A stretch of 64,000 nt of DNA from a virus. This document shows, piece after piece, positions 9,099 through 20,100 of the stretch. The first letter of the stretch is position 1. The number at the start of each line of letters is the position of its first letter. The stretch spans positions 32,001 to 96,000 of IMG/VR virus record IMGVR_UViG_3300031857_000047; one strand, given 5' to 3'. The translations under genes were made by a program, and so were the position numbers. Under the pieces are notes generated by a model. The model was not told the DNA's origin. It saw nothing but the letters and a program-made list of their open reading frames with translations, and did not search any database.

Positions 9099-9701
9099 GC
9101 CTTTTGATCGATCATATAATTCATCAATAGATCCGTTGTTATCTATAATTCCATCAAATTTACAACCAATCCATGCCCACTCGCTGGCATGGATCTTTTT
9201 CATTTTCATAGAATTTAATCCAACGTTGTTGCCTTGATTTGCGCTAAGGGCGTCTTCATACCATGCGGGTAGATCACCTCGCTGCACCCAATAAATTTTT
9301 CCACCTGCTTTTTTAATAGCTTCAATTTCGTTAGGAAAACGACAATCACTAATTACCACATGATCTTTACTATTGCGTATTTTGTTTTCTAAACTGGCAA
9401 TCCAGATATCATCATGAAATGCTTTACGGCAAACTTCTGTACCCCAATATTGTAATACCCATCTAGGAGTTAATGTAGGCATGTCTAATCGTTCAGCCCA
9501 CCAAGTATCAACTTGCTCTCGCCATTCGCGAGCTTCTTTAGTGCGCCCTTCTAACATGGTTCTGTCCCAGCCGAATACATGGGCAACAGCATCTTTTAGT
9601 GTTGATGCAAAACTTTCTCTTCTAAATTCGTGGAAGTTAACTAGATAGTCAGCGACTGTGTCCTTGCCGCTGCCAATAAATCCGCATATTCCTATAATCA
9701 T
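9045..9701 (-). CDS. gp1: Deoxynucleoside monophosphate kinase
   Basis: IIGICGFIGSGKDT P-loop, FASTLKD, TPRWVLQYWGTE, ISDCRFPNE and HASE motifs. Confidence 0.92.
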   Translation of the reverse strand: MIIGICGFIGSGKDTVADYLVNFHEFRRESFASTLKDAVAHVFGWDRTMLEGRTKEAREWREQVDTWWAERLDMPTLTPRWVLQYWGTEVCRKAFHDDIWIASLENKIRNSKDHVVISDCRFPNEIEAIKKAGGKIYWVQRGDLPAWYEDALSANQGNNVGLNSMKMKKIHASEWAWIGCKFDGIIDNNGSIDELYDRSKGLVIGDEIPLPPHYSVLA

Positions 9702-9721
9702 AAATGTCTCCTATTAGATAC

Positions 9722-9750
9722 ATTATACTATAGAAAGTTTATAAGGTCAA
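9722..9750 (-). promoter_or_regulatory. Sigma70-type promoter for the dNMP kinase
   Basis: TTGACC-N17-TATAAT on the minus strand, followed by AGGAGA and ATG at 9701. Confidence 0.85.
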
Positions 9751-9756
9751 ATAAAT

Positions 9757-10515
9757 TTAACCAATTATGAATGTGTATCCGCTGCCACCTGATACTAGCG
9801 TTTCTAGTTCTTTAGTCAATCTTTCCAAATCAGCAGTTGCTTCTGATTTCATAGCAGCGCCGTTGAGACTGCTGCCGCCTCCGGGTCCTGCAATTTGAGC
9901 AAATTTTTCACGTGCCTGTCCAAGCATCATTTTACAGTTGGCCAATGTATAGTCTTTGATCCATTGCCCTGCATAGGTATCTTCAATGATGGCAAAGTCG
10001 GGCTTAGTATTATAAACCTGTATCATGATTTCTTCAAATCCACGGGGACGCTGTAAGATTGTTAGTTTTCGACTCTGTGGATGCCAATTAAAACCAATAA
10101 ATGATCCAAACATTTTGCCTACTAGTTCCTGATACTGACTAAACAATTCATAGGTTAGTAGGCCGCCCATGTTTGTTGATGATAACAAATAGGTATTTGT
10201 ATAGGCCAAGTTGAATGGTTCAAATACAGTGCCACCAGTACCATTGCCGGTTCTTGAGCCCACTGATCGTCTAAAAATCTGTCGTACCTGCTGAACTTCT
10301 TTTGGTAGAATATAGTCGTTTTGATTTTCTTGAAGTGTCAAAAACATATAGCTTTCTTCTACAGCATTATCTGAACGTTGGCGGAAAACGCCTAGACTGC
10401 GGGTTAGGGCAGTTTCGTAGTGTATAGGATCTAGTTCTACATCAATCATGCCGTCGCCCAGCATGGTTTTACAGTAATCGTACACGCTTTGTTTGGATTG
10501 ATCAATTTGGCTCAT
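9757..10515 (-). CDS. gp13: Neck protein (head-tail adaptor); start revised to MSQIDQSK
   Basis: LGDGMIDVELD, WIKDYTLA..K.MLGQAREKF..I.GPGGG.SLNG motifs; TAAATA 5 nt before ATG at 10515. Confidence 0.88.
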   Translation of the reverse strand: MSQIDQSKQSVYDYCKTMLGDGMIDVELDPIHYETALTRSLGVFRQRSDNAVEESYMFLTLQENQNDYILPKEVQQVRQIFRRSVGSRTGNGTGGTVFEPFNLAYTNTYLLSSTNMGGLLTYELFSQYQELVGKMFGSFIGFNWHPQSRKLTILQRPRGFEEIMIQVYNTKPDFAIIEDTYAGQWIKDYTLANCKMMLGQAREKFAQIAGPGGGSSLNGAAMKSEATADLERLTKELETLVSGGSGYTFIIG

Positions 10516-10520
10516 ACTGT

Positions 10521-10541
10521 TATTTATCGTAGCGGTAAATA
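10521..10541. promoter_or_regulatory. Back-to-back late promoters driving the divergent gp13 and gp14 genes
   Basis: TATTTA at 10521-10526 (minus) and TAAATA at 10536-10541 (plus). Confidence 0.75.
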
Positions 10542-10548
10542 TACTACT

Positions 10549-11814
10549 ATGCCAAGACTCTCTCTTTACCGTCCCGAAAAGGGCAATGACTACAAATTTA
10601 TAGATAAAACCGCCTGGGAAATGTTCCAGGTTGGCGGTACGGATGTACTTGTTCATAAGTATATAGGGCCCGGTACAAGTTCTGAAAACACACCATCTAC
10701 TCCTAATTATACAGGAGATAGTGTAAGCAATATTCAAGACCTACTATTTTTAGAAAATAGAGACAGAAAATACGATCCCGACATTTATCAGTTGCGTGGA
10801 GTTTATAGTCTACAAGATATAGATTTTAATCTAAGCCAGTTTGGCTTGTTCCTACAAAACGACACTATTTTTATCACCTTTCACATCAATGACACTGTGG
10901 AAAAATTAGGCCGTAAAATTATTGCAGGAGATGTCATTGAACTTCCTCACTTAAAAGACGAGTATGCACTTAACGATTTACAGTTTGCGTTAAAAAGATT
11001 TTTCGTCATAGAAGAAGTTAGCCGAGCTGCTGAAGGATTTTCAGTAACTTGGTATCCACATCTTTATCGTGCAAAATGCAAACCTTTAGTTGACAGTCAA
11101 GAATTTAAAGACATTCTAGATGGTGTTGCCGGAGAAGGCAGCGATAAAACATTGCGTGATATCATGTCAACATATGAAAAAGAAATGCAGATTACACAGG
11201 CAGTTCTTGATCAAGCAGAAAGTGATGCTCCTAAAAGTGGATACGATACTACACGTCATTACATGATACAAAAAGATGATAATGGCAGGGTAGAACTTGT
11301 AGATGCATCGGGTACAATAAATCTTGCCAGTCATCAAACTCAAGCAACAGATGCCAACGGTAATTTGTTGTTTGACGACGATAACAATCCAATATATGTG
11401 GGAGCAACTGCTAGTACCATATATCAGAGTCCAGAATACAACGGTCCTATGACAGGTGACGGCGACGGTATTCCACCAAACGGTGCGCCATTTACCGCAG
11501 GAATTACATTTCCTATTACTCCGTCTATCGGGCAGTTCTGTTTAAGAACAGATTATCTACCTAAGAGATTGTTTAGATACAACGGCACTAGATGGATAAA
11601 AGTAGAGGATGTAAATCGAATGACTATGAGTAATATGGGACACGAGGATGTTATTAATGGTGGGTCACCCGACAACGTATTCTTAGACAAAGAAGTAAGA
11701 TTAACACAAAAGACTAGTTTTATTAATAACAATGCTGAGGCCAATGTTAACGGGCACACAATTAAAGAGAAGCAAAGCCTTAGTAAGGCGCTTAGACCAA
11801 AGGCGGACGAGTAA
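10549..11814 (+). CDS. gp14: Neck/head-closure protein; start revised to MPRLSLY
   Basis: LSQFGLFLQND.IFITFH, GDVIELPHL and WYPHLYR motifs; sits between gp13 and gp15. Confidence 0.8.
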   Translation: MPRLSLYRPEKGNDYKFIDKTAWEMFQVGGTDVLVHKYIGPGTSSENTPSTPNYTGDSVSNIQDLLFLENRDRKYDPDIYQLRGVYSLQDIDFNLSQFGLFLQNDTIFITFHINDTVEKLGRKIIAGDVIELPHLKDEYALNDLQFALKRFFVIEEVSRAAEGFSVTWYPHLYRAKCKPLVDSQEFKDILDGVAGEGSDKTLRDIMSTYEKEMQITQAVLDQAESDAPKSGYDTTRHYMIQKDDNGRVELVDASGTINLASHQTQATDANGNLLFDDDNNPIYVGATASTIYQSPEYNGPMTGDGDGIPPNGAPFTAGITFPITPSIGQFCLRTDYLPKRLFRYNGTRWIKVEDVNRMTMSNMGHEDVINGGSPDNVFLDKEVRLTQKTSFINNNAEANVNGHTIKEKQSLSKALRPKADE

Positions 11815-13454
11815 TGGATTATTTTTATGATGGGCAGATAAGACGATATGTCACACAATTCATGCGTGTGTTCATAGGTTTCAAATATAAAACTGGCGAC
11901 GGAACTATACGCCATGTGCCAGTGATGTATGGCGACATGACTAGACAAGTGGCTGCTATTATCAAAGAAAATTCAGAAAATAAAATGTCCACTGTGCCTA
12001 AAATTGCTTGCTATATTAGTGGATTAGAAATGGATACTAGTAGACTAGCTGATGCTAGTTTTGTCAGCAAGTTAAATATCAGTGAACGTGCTTGGACTGA
12101 AGAAAACGGAGAAGTTGGTTATAAAAACTACCAAGGTGCAGGCTATACCGTTGAAAGACTAATGCCCACTCCGTTTAAATTATCTATGAAAGCAGATATA
12201 TGGACTTCAAACACTGATCAGAAACTTCAACTAATGGAACAGATACTGGTGTTGTTTAATCCCAGTTTAGAAATTCAAACTACGGACAACTACATTGACT
12301 GGACCAGTCTCAGTGTTATAGATCTTTCAACTCTTAATTTCAGTTCAAGAACAATACCACAAGGCAACGAAAGCGAAATAGATATTTGTTCAATAGAATT
12401 TAAAATGCCTATCTATATTAGTCCACCTGCCAAAGTTAAGAAACTTGGAGTTATTAGAAACATTGTTGCCAACGTGTTTGGCGAAACAGGCGACATATTA
12501 TCACTAGATGATTTAATCTATGCCGGCACAGGCAACACAATTCATACTAGAAATGTCAACGGGCGTTTTAGAGTTCTATTATTAAAGAGCAATAATGATC
12601 AAGACAATGATTTTGATGTTTCTATTGTTTCTCCTAATGAAGTTATAATAGCTAACAAATTAGAACCTCCTACAAAGACTGGAGAACTAGTTGATTGGAA
12701 TACCGTTATAAACATGTACGGTGGATATATTTCTGGGATCAGTAAAATATTCTTTTTGCAAGCTGACGGTAATGAGTTAGGTGGTACATTTGTAGTAAAC
12801 GAACTAGATCCTACTCGATTGCTCGTTAGCCTAGAAGATCGACCATCTAATACTGTATTATACAGCTCAGTATATCCTAGTGGAAGAACCACCGTTGATG
12901 CTATTGTTGATCCCTACAAGTTCAATCCTAAAAGACCCAATAAAGAATCGTCTGATCAAGCTATCGTAGCAGGTGTAAGATATTTGGTGCTCGACGATGT
13001 TAATCCTAGTACATCAGTTGGTACCGTTGTTAAAAATCCACCGTTTAATCCACAGTTTACATATGATGGTCCAGATGCATGGAAAAATTTAAACGGTAGC
13101 GATCCAGTTATTGCAGCTAACAGTATTATAGAGTGGAGTGGTACTGAATGGGTCAATCTAATGCTTACATGGGTTGTTTCAAATCCCTTGCCTTCTCAAT
13201 ATTCATTAATTGCATATAGTCTAAACCAAATTGTGATATACGACGGTGTTGCCTATCGTGCCACAGCCAATATAACTCAAGAAGAAAATACAGCTATTCC
13301 TTCGGATAACGATAAATTTTTAGAAATCAGCATTCTTTTCCAAAATTTAAAAACTGGTATCCAATATCGTTGGGGAGCCGACGGACAATGGATGAAGAGT
13401 TTTGAAGGCGAATATGCGTCAGGATACTGGAGACTTGATCTGGATCCGCAATAA
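11814..13454 (+). CDS. gp15: Tail sheath stabiliser / tail terminator with C-terminal extension
   Basis: YFYDGQIRRY..QF, VPVMYG, MPTPFKL, QLMEQILVLFNP motifs of the gp15 family. Confidence 0.85.
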   Translation: MDYFYDGQIRRYVTQFMRVFIGFKYKTGDGTIRHVPVMYGDMTRQVAAIIKENSENKMSTVPKIACYISGLEMDTSRLADASFVSKLNISERAWTEENGEVGYKNYQGAGYTVERLMPTPFKLSMKADIWTSNTDQKLQLMEQILVLFNPSLEIQTTDNYIDWTSLSVIDLSTLNFSSRTIPQGNESEIDICSIEFKMPIYISPPAKVKKLGVIRNIVANVFGETGDILSLDDLIYAGTGNTIHTRNVNGRFRVLLLKSNNDQDNDFDVSIVSPNEVIIANKLEPPTKTGELVDWNTVINMYGGYISGISKIFFLQADGNELGGTFVVNELDPTRLLVSLEDRPSNTVLYSSVYPSGRTTVDAIVDPYKFNPKRPNKESSDQAIVAGVRYLVLDDVNPSTSVGTVVKNPPFNPQFTYDGPDAWKNLNGSDPVIAANSIIEWSGTEWVNLMLTWVVSNPLPSQYSLIAYSLNQIVIYDGVAYRATANITQEENTAIPSDNDKFLEISILFQNLKTGIQYRWGADGQWMKSFEGEYASGYWRLDLDPQ

Positions 13455-13461
13455 GTAATAG

Positions 13462-13854
13462 ATGCAACAACGTGCTGGGTTATTATTTCTCGCTAAAAAT
13501 ACAAATAGACTGCTGTTGATCTTAGAGGATCAAAAGTGGACTGTGCCCACATTTCCTAGACAGGCTTCATTGTTAGAGGACGCTCAAGAATTATTAGATG
13601 CATATTCTATAGGAAGAATATTACCTATAGAATTATATCTTAGTGAGGATCGAGGGTTTGAATACGGTACATATGTTTGTCTAACTGATAGTGAGTTTTT
13701 AACTTCTGCCAGTCAAACTATTTGTTGGGCAAGTTTTGAATGCCTGCCAAAAAACTTGCATGGTGGACTGAAAACCACCTTAAATAATCCGCTGATAAGA
13801 GCAAAAATTGATACTATAATGGTGCTAGAAAATGATTCCAAAAATACAAAATAG
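13462..13854 (+). CDS. Nudix-fold-like protein with a degenerate Nudix box
   Basis: AGLLFLA...RLLLIL...W.VP start and W.....LPKNLHGGL end resemble Nudix hydrolases, but GX5EX7REUXEEXGU is absent. Confidence 0.45.
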   Translation: MQQRAGLLFLAKNTNRLLLILEDQKWTVPTFPRQASLLEDAQELLDAYSIGRILPIELYLSEDRGFEYGTYVCLTDSEFLTSASQTICWASFECLPKNLHGGLKTTLNNPLIRAKIDTIMVLENDSKNTK

Positions 13855-14110
13855 TCAACGTTTTACAGACGACTATAAAAATTATCAAGAACGGATTATT
13901 AAAATATCCGACCCGATTGCACAAAAAGAATTAATTAATCTATTGGTGCAGTTAAAAGAACAAGTTTCTTACATTGATCGTAGTCACGAAAGTATGTTTA
14001 TTACTGGAAGAATAAACAGTGAAGTTTCTGATCTACGATCAAATTTGATGACAATCAAAAAATCTTTAGATCAGAAACTTACTCACTGGGAACGCATCAA
14101 GCAAAATTAA
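13832..14110 (+). CDS. Hypothetical helical protein
   Basis: 92-aa ORF overlapping the upstream gene; coiled-coil-like. Confidence 0.55.
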   Translation: MIPKIQNSQRFTDDYKNYQERIIKISDPIAQKELINLLVQLKEQVSYIDRSHESMFITGRINSEVSDLRSNLMTIKKSLDQKLTHWERIKQN

Positions 14111-17100
14111 GCCTGCGCTTCACCCCATCGTAGAATAATGCTGGTGCTAACCGCTGTGCCAGATACTTTATACACATTAATCGCCAATACGTCAGGACCA
14201 TTAGGGAATGTACCGCGACCGCCAATTGCAGTTGTTGTAAGTTCTTTTAACTCTGCCAAACTTAGCTCGCCTGTATTTCCTGGATTTGAAATAAAGGAAA
14301 ATACCTGTTCTCCCGGTAGAGCAAAAGCCACGTCACCAAACTGGAAAGTTATATTTGCTGCTGCTGCAACTGTGGTATTGGCATTCTGAGTAAATGTCAC
14401 TCGACGAACAGTGGTAAATCCTAGTGTTCTAGTTGTGACCGCTGACACTGAAGTCCCTGCAGGAAATTGCGTAGTTGTAGTATCTACCCTAGTTCCAATT
14501 GAAGCTCCTGAACTGTTCCATGAAGCATTGGTAAAGAATAGATAGTTAGTACTTGGATACGATGACGCAGTTTGAGGAATTTGAGTTGTTACAGAAATTC
14601 CAGTATTATTAGGACTGTTTGCACTGGCGTTTGCATTCATAGTAATAATAGTATATGGTACGGTACTAATAGTAAGAGCAGTCCTTTGGGCGTTAGTCAC
14701 TGTTCTATTTCCTACAAGATAGGTACCATTGATTAAAATATCTCCAATTTGCAATCCACTTGCATCGTATTGAGCATTGGTGATAATAAATGTATTTCTA
14801 TCAATTCTAAACGAGTTGGAATAGGTTCCACCTGGTCCAGGGTTTAATGCTGGTGTGCTAACTGAGCTTTGAACAAGTCCAGCAACCTGAGCTGTTGCAG
14901 TTGTTAGAGGAACACCACCCCAGTTAATTGAACCGCCTAGTGCAATTTGTGCAAAGCTAGGCTGTCCGCCTGCTCCAGAACTTGATAAACCAGTCCAAAT
15001 AATATTACTTGGGTTAGCAGGATAGTTTCTAGGATTCAATACCCCTTCAATAACCAAGTTGCCGGTTCCCGTGTCAGCAGCAATAGCAATACTCTTTAAT
15101 AGCAACTGGGCTCTGTTTAGTAGATCTCTTTCGCCCAAATCGCCAACAAGTGCATTAGACACGCTAGGTGCCAAACGAATCATGAACGCTGTTTGTTTAG
15201 TGGTAGTAACACTAACCGCTGCTGCTGCATAACTGAAAATGTATCCTCGATCTTCATCGAACAATCCGTCAGTTAATAATGCTGAACCCCAGTGACTAAT
15301 TGTAGGTGTCAGTGTACAACTAATTAAATTAACGCCAACTCCGGCAGAGTGAGATGCTGCAACGCTACCAGTAAACGAACGATTCAATCCTGCAACAAAA
15401 TTACTTAAAGTTGTTGCTCTTGTACAACCAGTCAGCGTATCTCCAGATCTGTTCGAGTATGAAATAATTTCATTGTCGATATATACAGTGCCCGCATTTG
15501 GGAATCTAGATGCATCTATTAATGTAATTGATGTAGCAGAAGAATTAATTGTTGTTTTTAATTTACTTCTTGCAGAAGCATTTTCAACTTCATAACGAAC
15601 TGGTAAGTTAGCAGTTCTCATATATGCTTCTGTATTGACGTTTGAGTTACGAATTCTATGCAAGAAAATAAACTTACCGTCAGATCCCCTAATCATAAAT
15701 TCAATAAATCCCGCAGCATACCAAGAATATTGAATACCGATCATCTGCATTCTAGATACATCAAATACATATCCCGAAGGACCAGTACCGTCAGCTTTGT
15801 CCATATTCCATTCGTGTTGAGGAATTAACAACTCAGTAACTAGACACAACTTAGCTCCGCTGATAGCATTCACACCTCGCCAGTCAGGAGTCACTGTCAT
15901 TTGAGTATTACTAGTTATTCCGGTAACTGTGTGAGTCATACCTCTCAATACAATTTTATCTCCAGCTTTTAATTGTTCAGCAAATCTTGTGCCGCTTCCG
16001 CTGATAAGATTGCTTTCAATGTTTGCTGATACTGTACCAGTTAACTGTTGAGTACTGCTACGTCTAACAAGAGCCATTTCTTGTCCATCGTATTGATAGA
16101 AAATTCCATTCTGTTCGTCAAACGCCCCTACTCTAACTGTAGATCCATGCCATGTTTTTGCCAGCATCCTGGTGTCAGATCCTAATTCAGCTGTTGTTGT
16201 AGATAATGGCACAATTGATCTTACAGTAAATGTTCTAGAACTGAGTACAGATTCAACAATATAGGTTCCGTTGTATTCAAACGATACCATTCCAACAATT
16301 TCAATAGTTGCTCCAGGTTGTGCTCCGTGATCAGTATCGTCAGTAGTAACGGTTATAATACTGTTTGCTGCCAAGCCAGTTGCCGTTGCCGATGCAATAT
16401 TATAACTAGGTGCAAATAGTGCTCCAGTAGTATACATCATGCCTTTACCAGATTGGTATCGAATGTATTTTTTACTCTGTCGAATTGCCTGCGAACCATA
16501 TTGCGGACCACCTGTACCTAATTGTACACCACCGTCAAACGGTCTATGTGTAAAGAATGTATCAGGTCTAGCATAAAGTGCTCCTGTAATTGCAGCAGTG
16601 GAATTTATAGCACCCGTACTTCTTGCAGGATATCTAAGTCTAGTATCAGACGGAACTTCTGTAATAACAAAAGGACCAGCAGCTAACTGATGATTGGCCG
16701 AGGTTAATGTAATTGCCTGTGCTGCTGACGAACCGGTAGCTACCGCAACAAATTTACTAGAAGCCCCTGAATATGTACTAAATCCAATACCTTCATAGGC
16801 GATAGCGGCAGCACTAGATCTTTCAGTAAATCCGCCAGTTTCACCAGTAAACGATGTTAAAACAAGCCCGCCACTGTCTGCCACAATAACAAAATTATCG
16901 TCACCAAAAATTAAATCATTCCAAGTACCCGATACCGGTAATGTAATTGAAGTCCAAGATGTTCCGTTAGTTGATAATGCTGCTACCGCAGTATTTTTTG
17001 CCACCGTTAAAAATCTAGAGTTTCCAAATGTAACAGCGTTCCACGTTGTGCTACTAGGCAGTGTTGATGCAGTCCAGTTTGCTCCGTTATCTACAGAATA

Positions 17101-20100
17101 TGCTGCGGCTGTTCCCCCTGTGGCTACGGCTACAAAAAATGCTGAGGTGCCTACAGTTCCGCCAGATACGTCTTGCCAATTGGATGAACTTGGCAATGTT
17201 GCTGCGGTCCAATTAATACCGTCTGTAGAGTATGCTGCGGCAGTTGAACCACTTCTTACTGCAACGAAAGCCGAGTTGAAATAGGCAACACTGGTCCAAG
17301 AACCTGAACTAGGTAATACACCCCCCACTGTCCAAGTTGCGCCATTGTCTGTGGAATAATTAGCAACAGTACCACCGCTGGCAATAGCCACCCAGAATGT
17401 TGTAATACCTCCAATTGGTCCTACAGCAATACTAGTCCAAGTTGTAGAGGCGGTTAAATTTCCGCCTACTGTCCAAGTTGTTCCGTTGGTTGAAACTGCT
17501 GTACCGTTACTGCCAGATTTAATAGCAACAAATCTTCCATTATAACCTGCTACGTCAGTCCATGTGCCGGAATTAGGCAAATTAGTTGCAACAGCAGTTA
17601 CTTCCGGAGCAGGTGTTGATGTAATATTAGATAGTATAGTTGCACCTGGAACTAACCCGTGCTTGGATGTAAAATCTACTTGAACAGTGCCAATAGCACC
17701 AACATCTAAGCTGGTGCCTGTTGGCAACTCACCGGTTAACGATTCGCTTAGTGTCAGCGAAGGATATATCAAAAAGCTATCGCCGGTAAACGGTGTTCCG
17801 TTAGCTGAAGCAGAAATGATTGAACCTGCAGATGAATTTGCTACAGTTAATAATAGATCGTTTAACGGAGATGCTCCCCCAATATCTGTTCCTAATATTA
17901 AAATTTGATTTCCATTTCTATAATTTGCGCCGCCGTCTGTCACTATGCTTGAATATGCTCCAGAAATTCGTTCTATTGTAAACTCGGCTCCTGCGCCAGA
18001 ATTTGTAAGATTATTAGAAGGCGGAGTTGTATAAACAGCATCACCGGATACACCAACAGGAGTTCCAACTAATTCCCAATCAACAATTGCACCACCAGTA
18101 ACTCCGTTGACTTGAATAACGATATCGTTTTCTGGACTAGTTCCGCCAAAGCTAGTACCGGCCCAAGTAACAGTGTCTGCTGGAACAAAATCCGCCCCAC
18201 CATTCGCCAGTGACACAGTATATTCTCCTGTGCCGCCTGTTCTTATAACTGTAATAGTTGCGCCTGCACCCAATGTGCTTGTTGTAGATGATTGACTAAC
18301 TGCTGTATATGTTTCACCTCCAGATACAGCTAGTCCGCTATAGGTAAATCCAACAATTGCACCACCGCTATCAATAGAAGAAACAGTAATAGTTATATCG
18401 TTAGTTCCTATTGATCCACCAACTTGATTACCGTCAATTCTTATTTGATCTCCAATTGCATAATTAATACCGTTTGATGTGCTATCCTGAGCATCAGTTA
18501 CGGTATATTCTCCAGCGGTTCTAGAAACATTAAATGTTGCCAATGATCCAATAGCTGCTACGATTGTGCCAGTAACACCAGTATCAATTCCATCGGCCCC
18601 TAACAATGTAAGACCACAAGCTGCTGAAAGATTTGCCTCACCACTTAAAATAGAATTAATATAGACAGCATCACCTGACCCATTGTCGAACGCCATTCCG
18701 CCTTGTACTCCAGTATAGCTAGTTAATGATATTGAAGTATCAGTTGGGTTAATGTCATTTTTTGCATACACTGTTGCTACCGCATTTCCGTTGATAGCCG
18801 ATACAGATGTTCCTGCTGGAATAAATGTACTACCAGTAATTGGTGATCCAGGTGTAGGAGCAGAGCCGCTGTACGCAATTCTTAATGAAGAGCTTGGTGA
18901 ATCAAATACCGAAACGATTGTGCTTGTTGTTCCGTTACTAGCAACGCTGAATACAGGAGCACCAATACTTGCGCCGGTGTAGAATCCTGCCTGTCTAATT
19001 TGAGCAAAAGAAGTGAATAAACTTTCACCAACTGCTGATCCCACTTTTGCAGAAGCATAGTAAGTAAAAGCTACCGCACTAGGAATGCTGTGAACTAAAA
19101 AAGTACCTTCTGCTCTCGAAAATCCGTTAATGTTATTAGACAATCCCTTAACAGTGATAGGAGTTCCAACACTATAACCGTGACTACCATTTGTCGAAAC
19201 TGTTATTAAAGAAGCTCCAAAAAATCCAGTAGTTGCTGACGCATCTGTAGTTATGGCATTAATGGTTAAGTCAGTTGCAGGAATTTCGTAAAAACTAGGA
19301 TAACTTCTCAATAATCCAAGAGCCTGCCATTTAGTTGGTTGCAGTCCGTATTCAAAGTCAGCGTCAAGCATGGCCTGCGGAGCGGCAACACGCATACGCT
19401 CAATAGCATCTGTACCAAAGTCCCAAGGACGAATTGTTTGATATGGCTCTTCTACAAATATTTGTAAATCCGTTGATGCCGAAAGTGTCGAAGTATCTTC
19501 TGATAGATTAATTGTGGTAATTGTATCAGTAGTTTGCCACCACGACGGAAAATCTAAATCACTTAATAGTTCACCGTCACCACTGCTCCTACCATTTTTA
19601 TATTCAAAATTAACTGTGTTTGAAGGATCAGCAAAATTATATAATATTTGCCCAGTATTAGTATTTGTTATTAATAGGACATCACTAGGCAAATAACTGC
19701 CTAGAATTCTAATAGAACTTACTCCAGGAACCTTTGTAGCCATTGCTGTTGGTCCGTTCTGAATAACGTTACCTAAGATTTGAAATTCACTAGTAATTCT
19801 TGCAGCGGCTCCCTGCTCTCCCGACGATTGGTTTGTGACTTGCTCAACAACAGTCTGTCCGTAAGTTGGAGTTACTGGATTATTTGTAAAGATATAATTG
19901 TTGATAATATCTCTTATATATTGTTGACCTGTAATTTCCGGTGATACATCACCTCGAATCATAGGTTCGCCTTTAATATGAAAATAGTCAGCTACCTGTC
20001 TAATTTTTACATTGCCGCCATATTTTAAATCGTGCAAGATAGCATCGATAAAATATCCTACATCTCTAGTACACTTTGCGGGTGCATATGTATAACCAAC

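Noticed and set aside
10516-10737. ORF-track N-terminal extensions of gp13 (to 10737) and gp14 (from 10489)
   Set aside because: They would overlap each other head-to-head. Late promoters and family-typical starts place the ATGs at 10515 and 10549.
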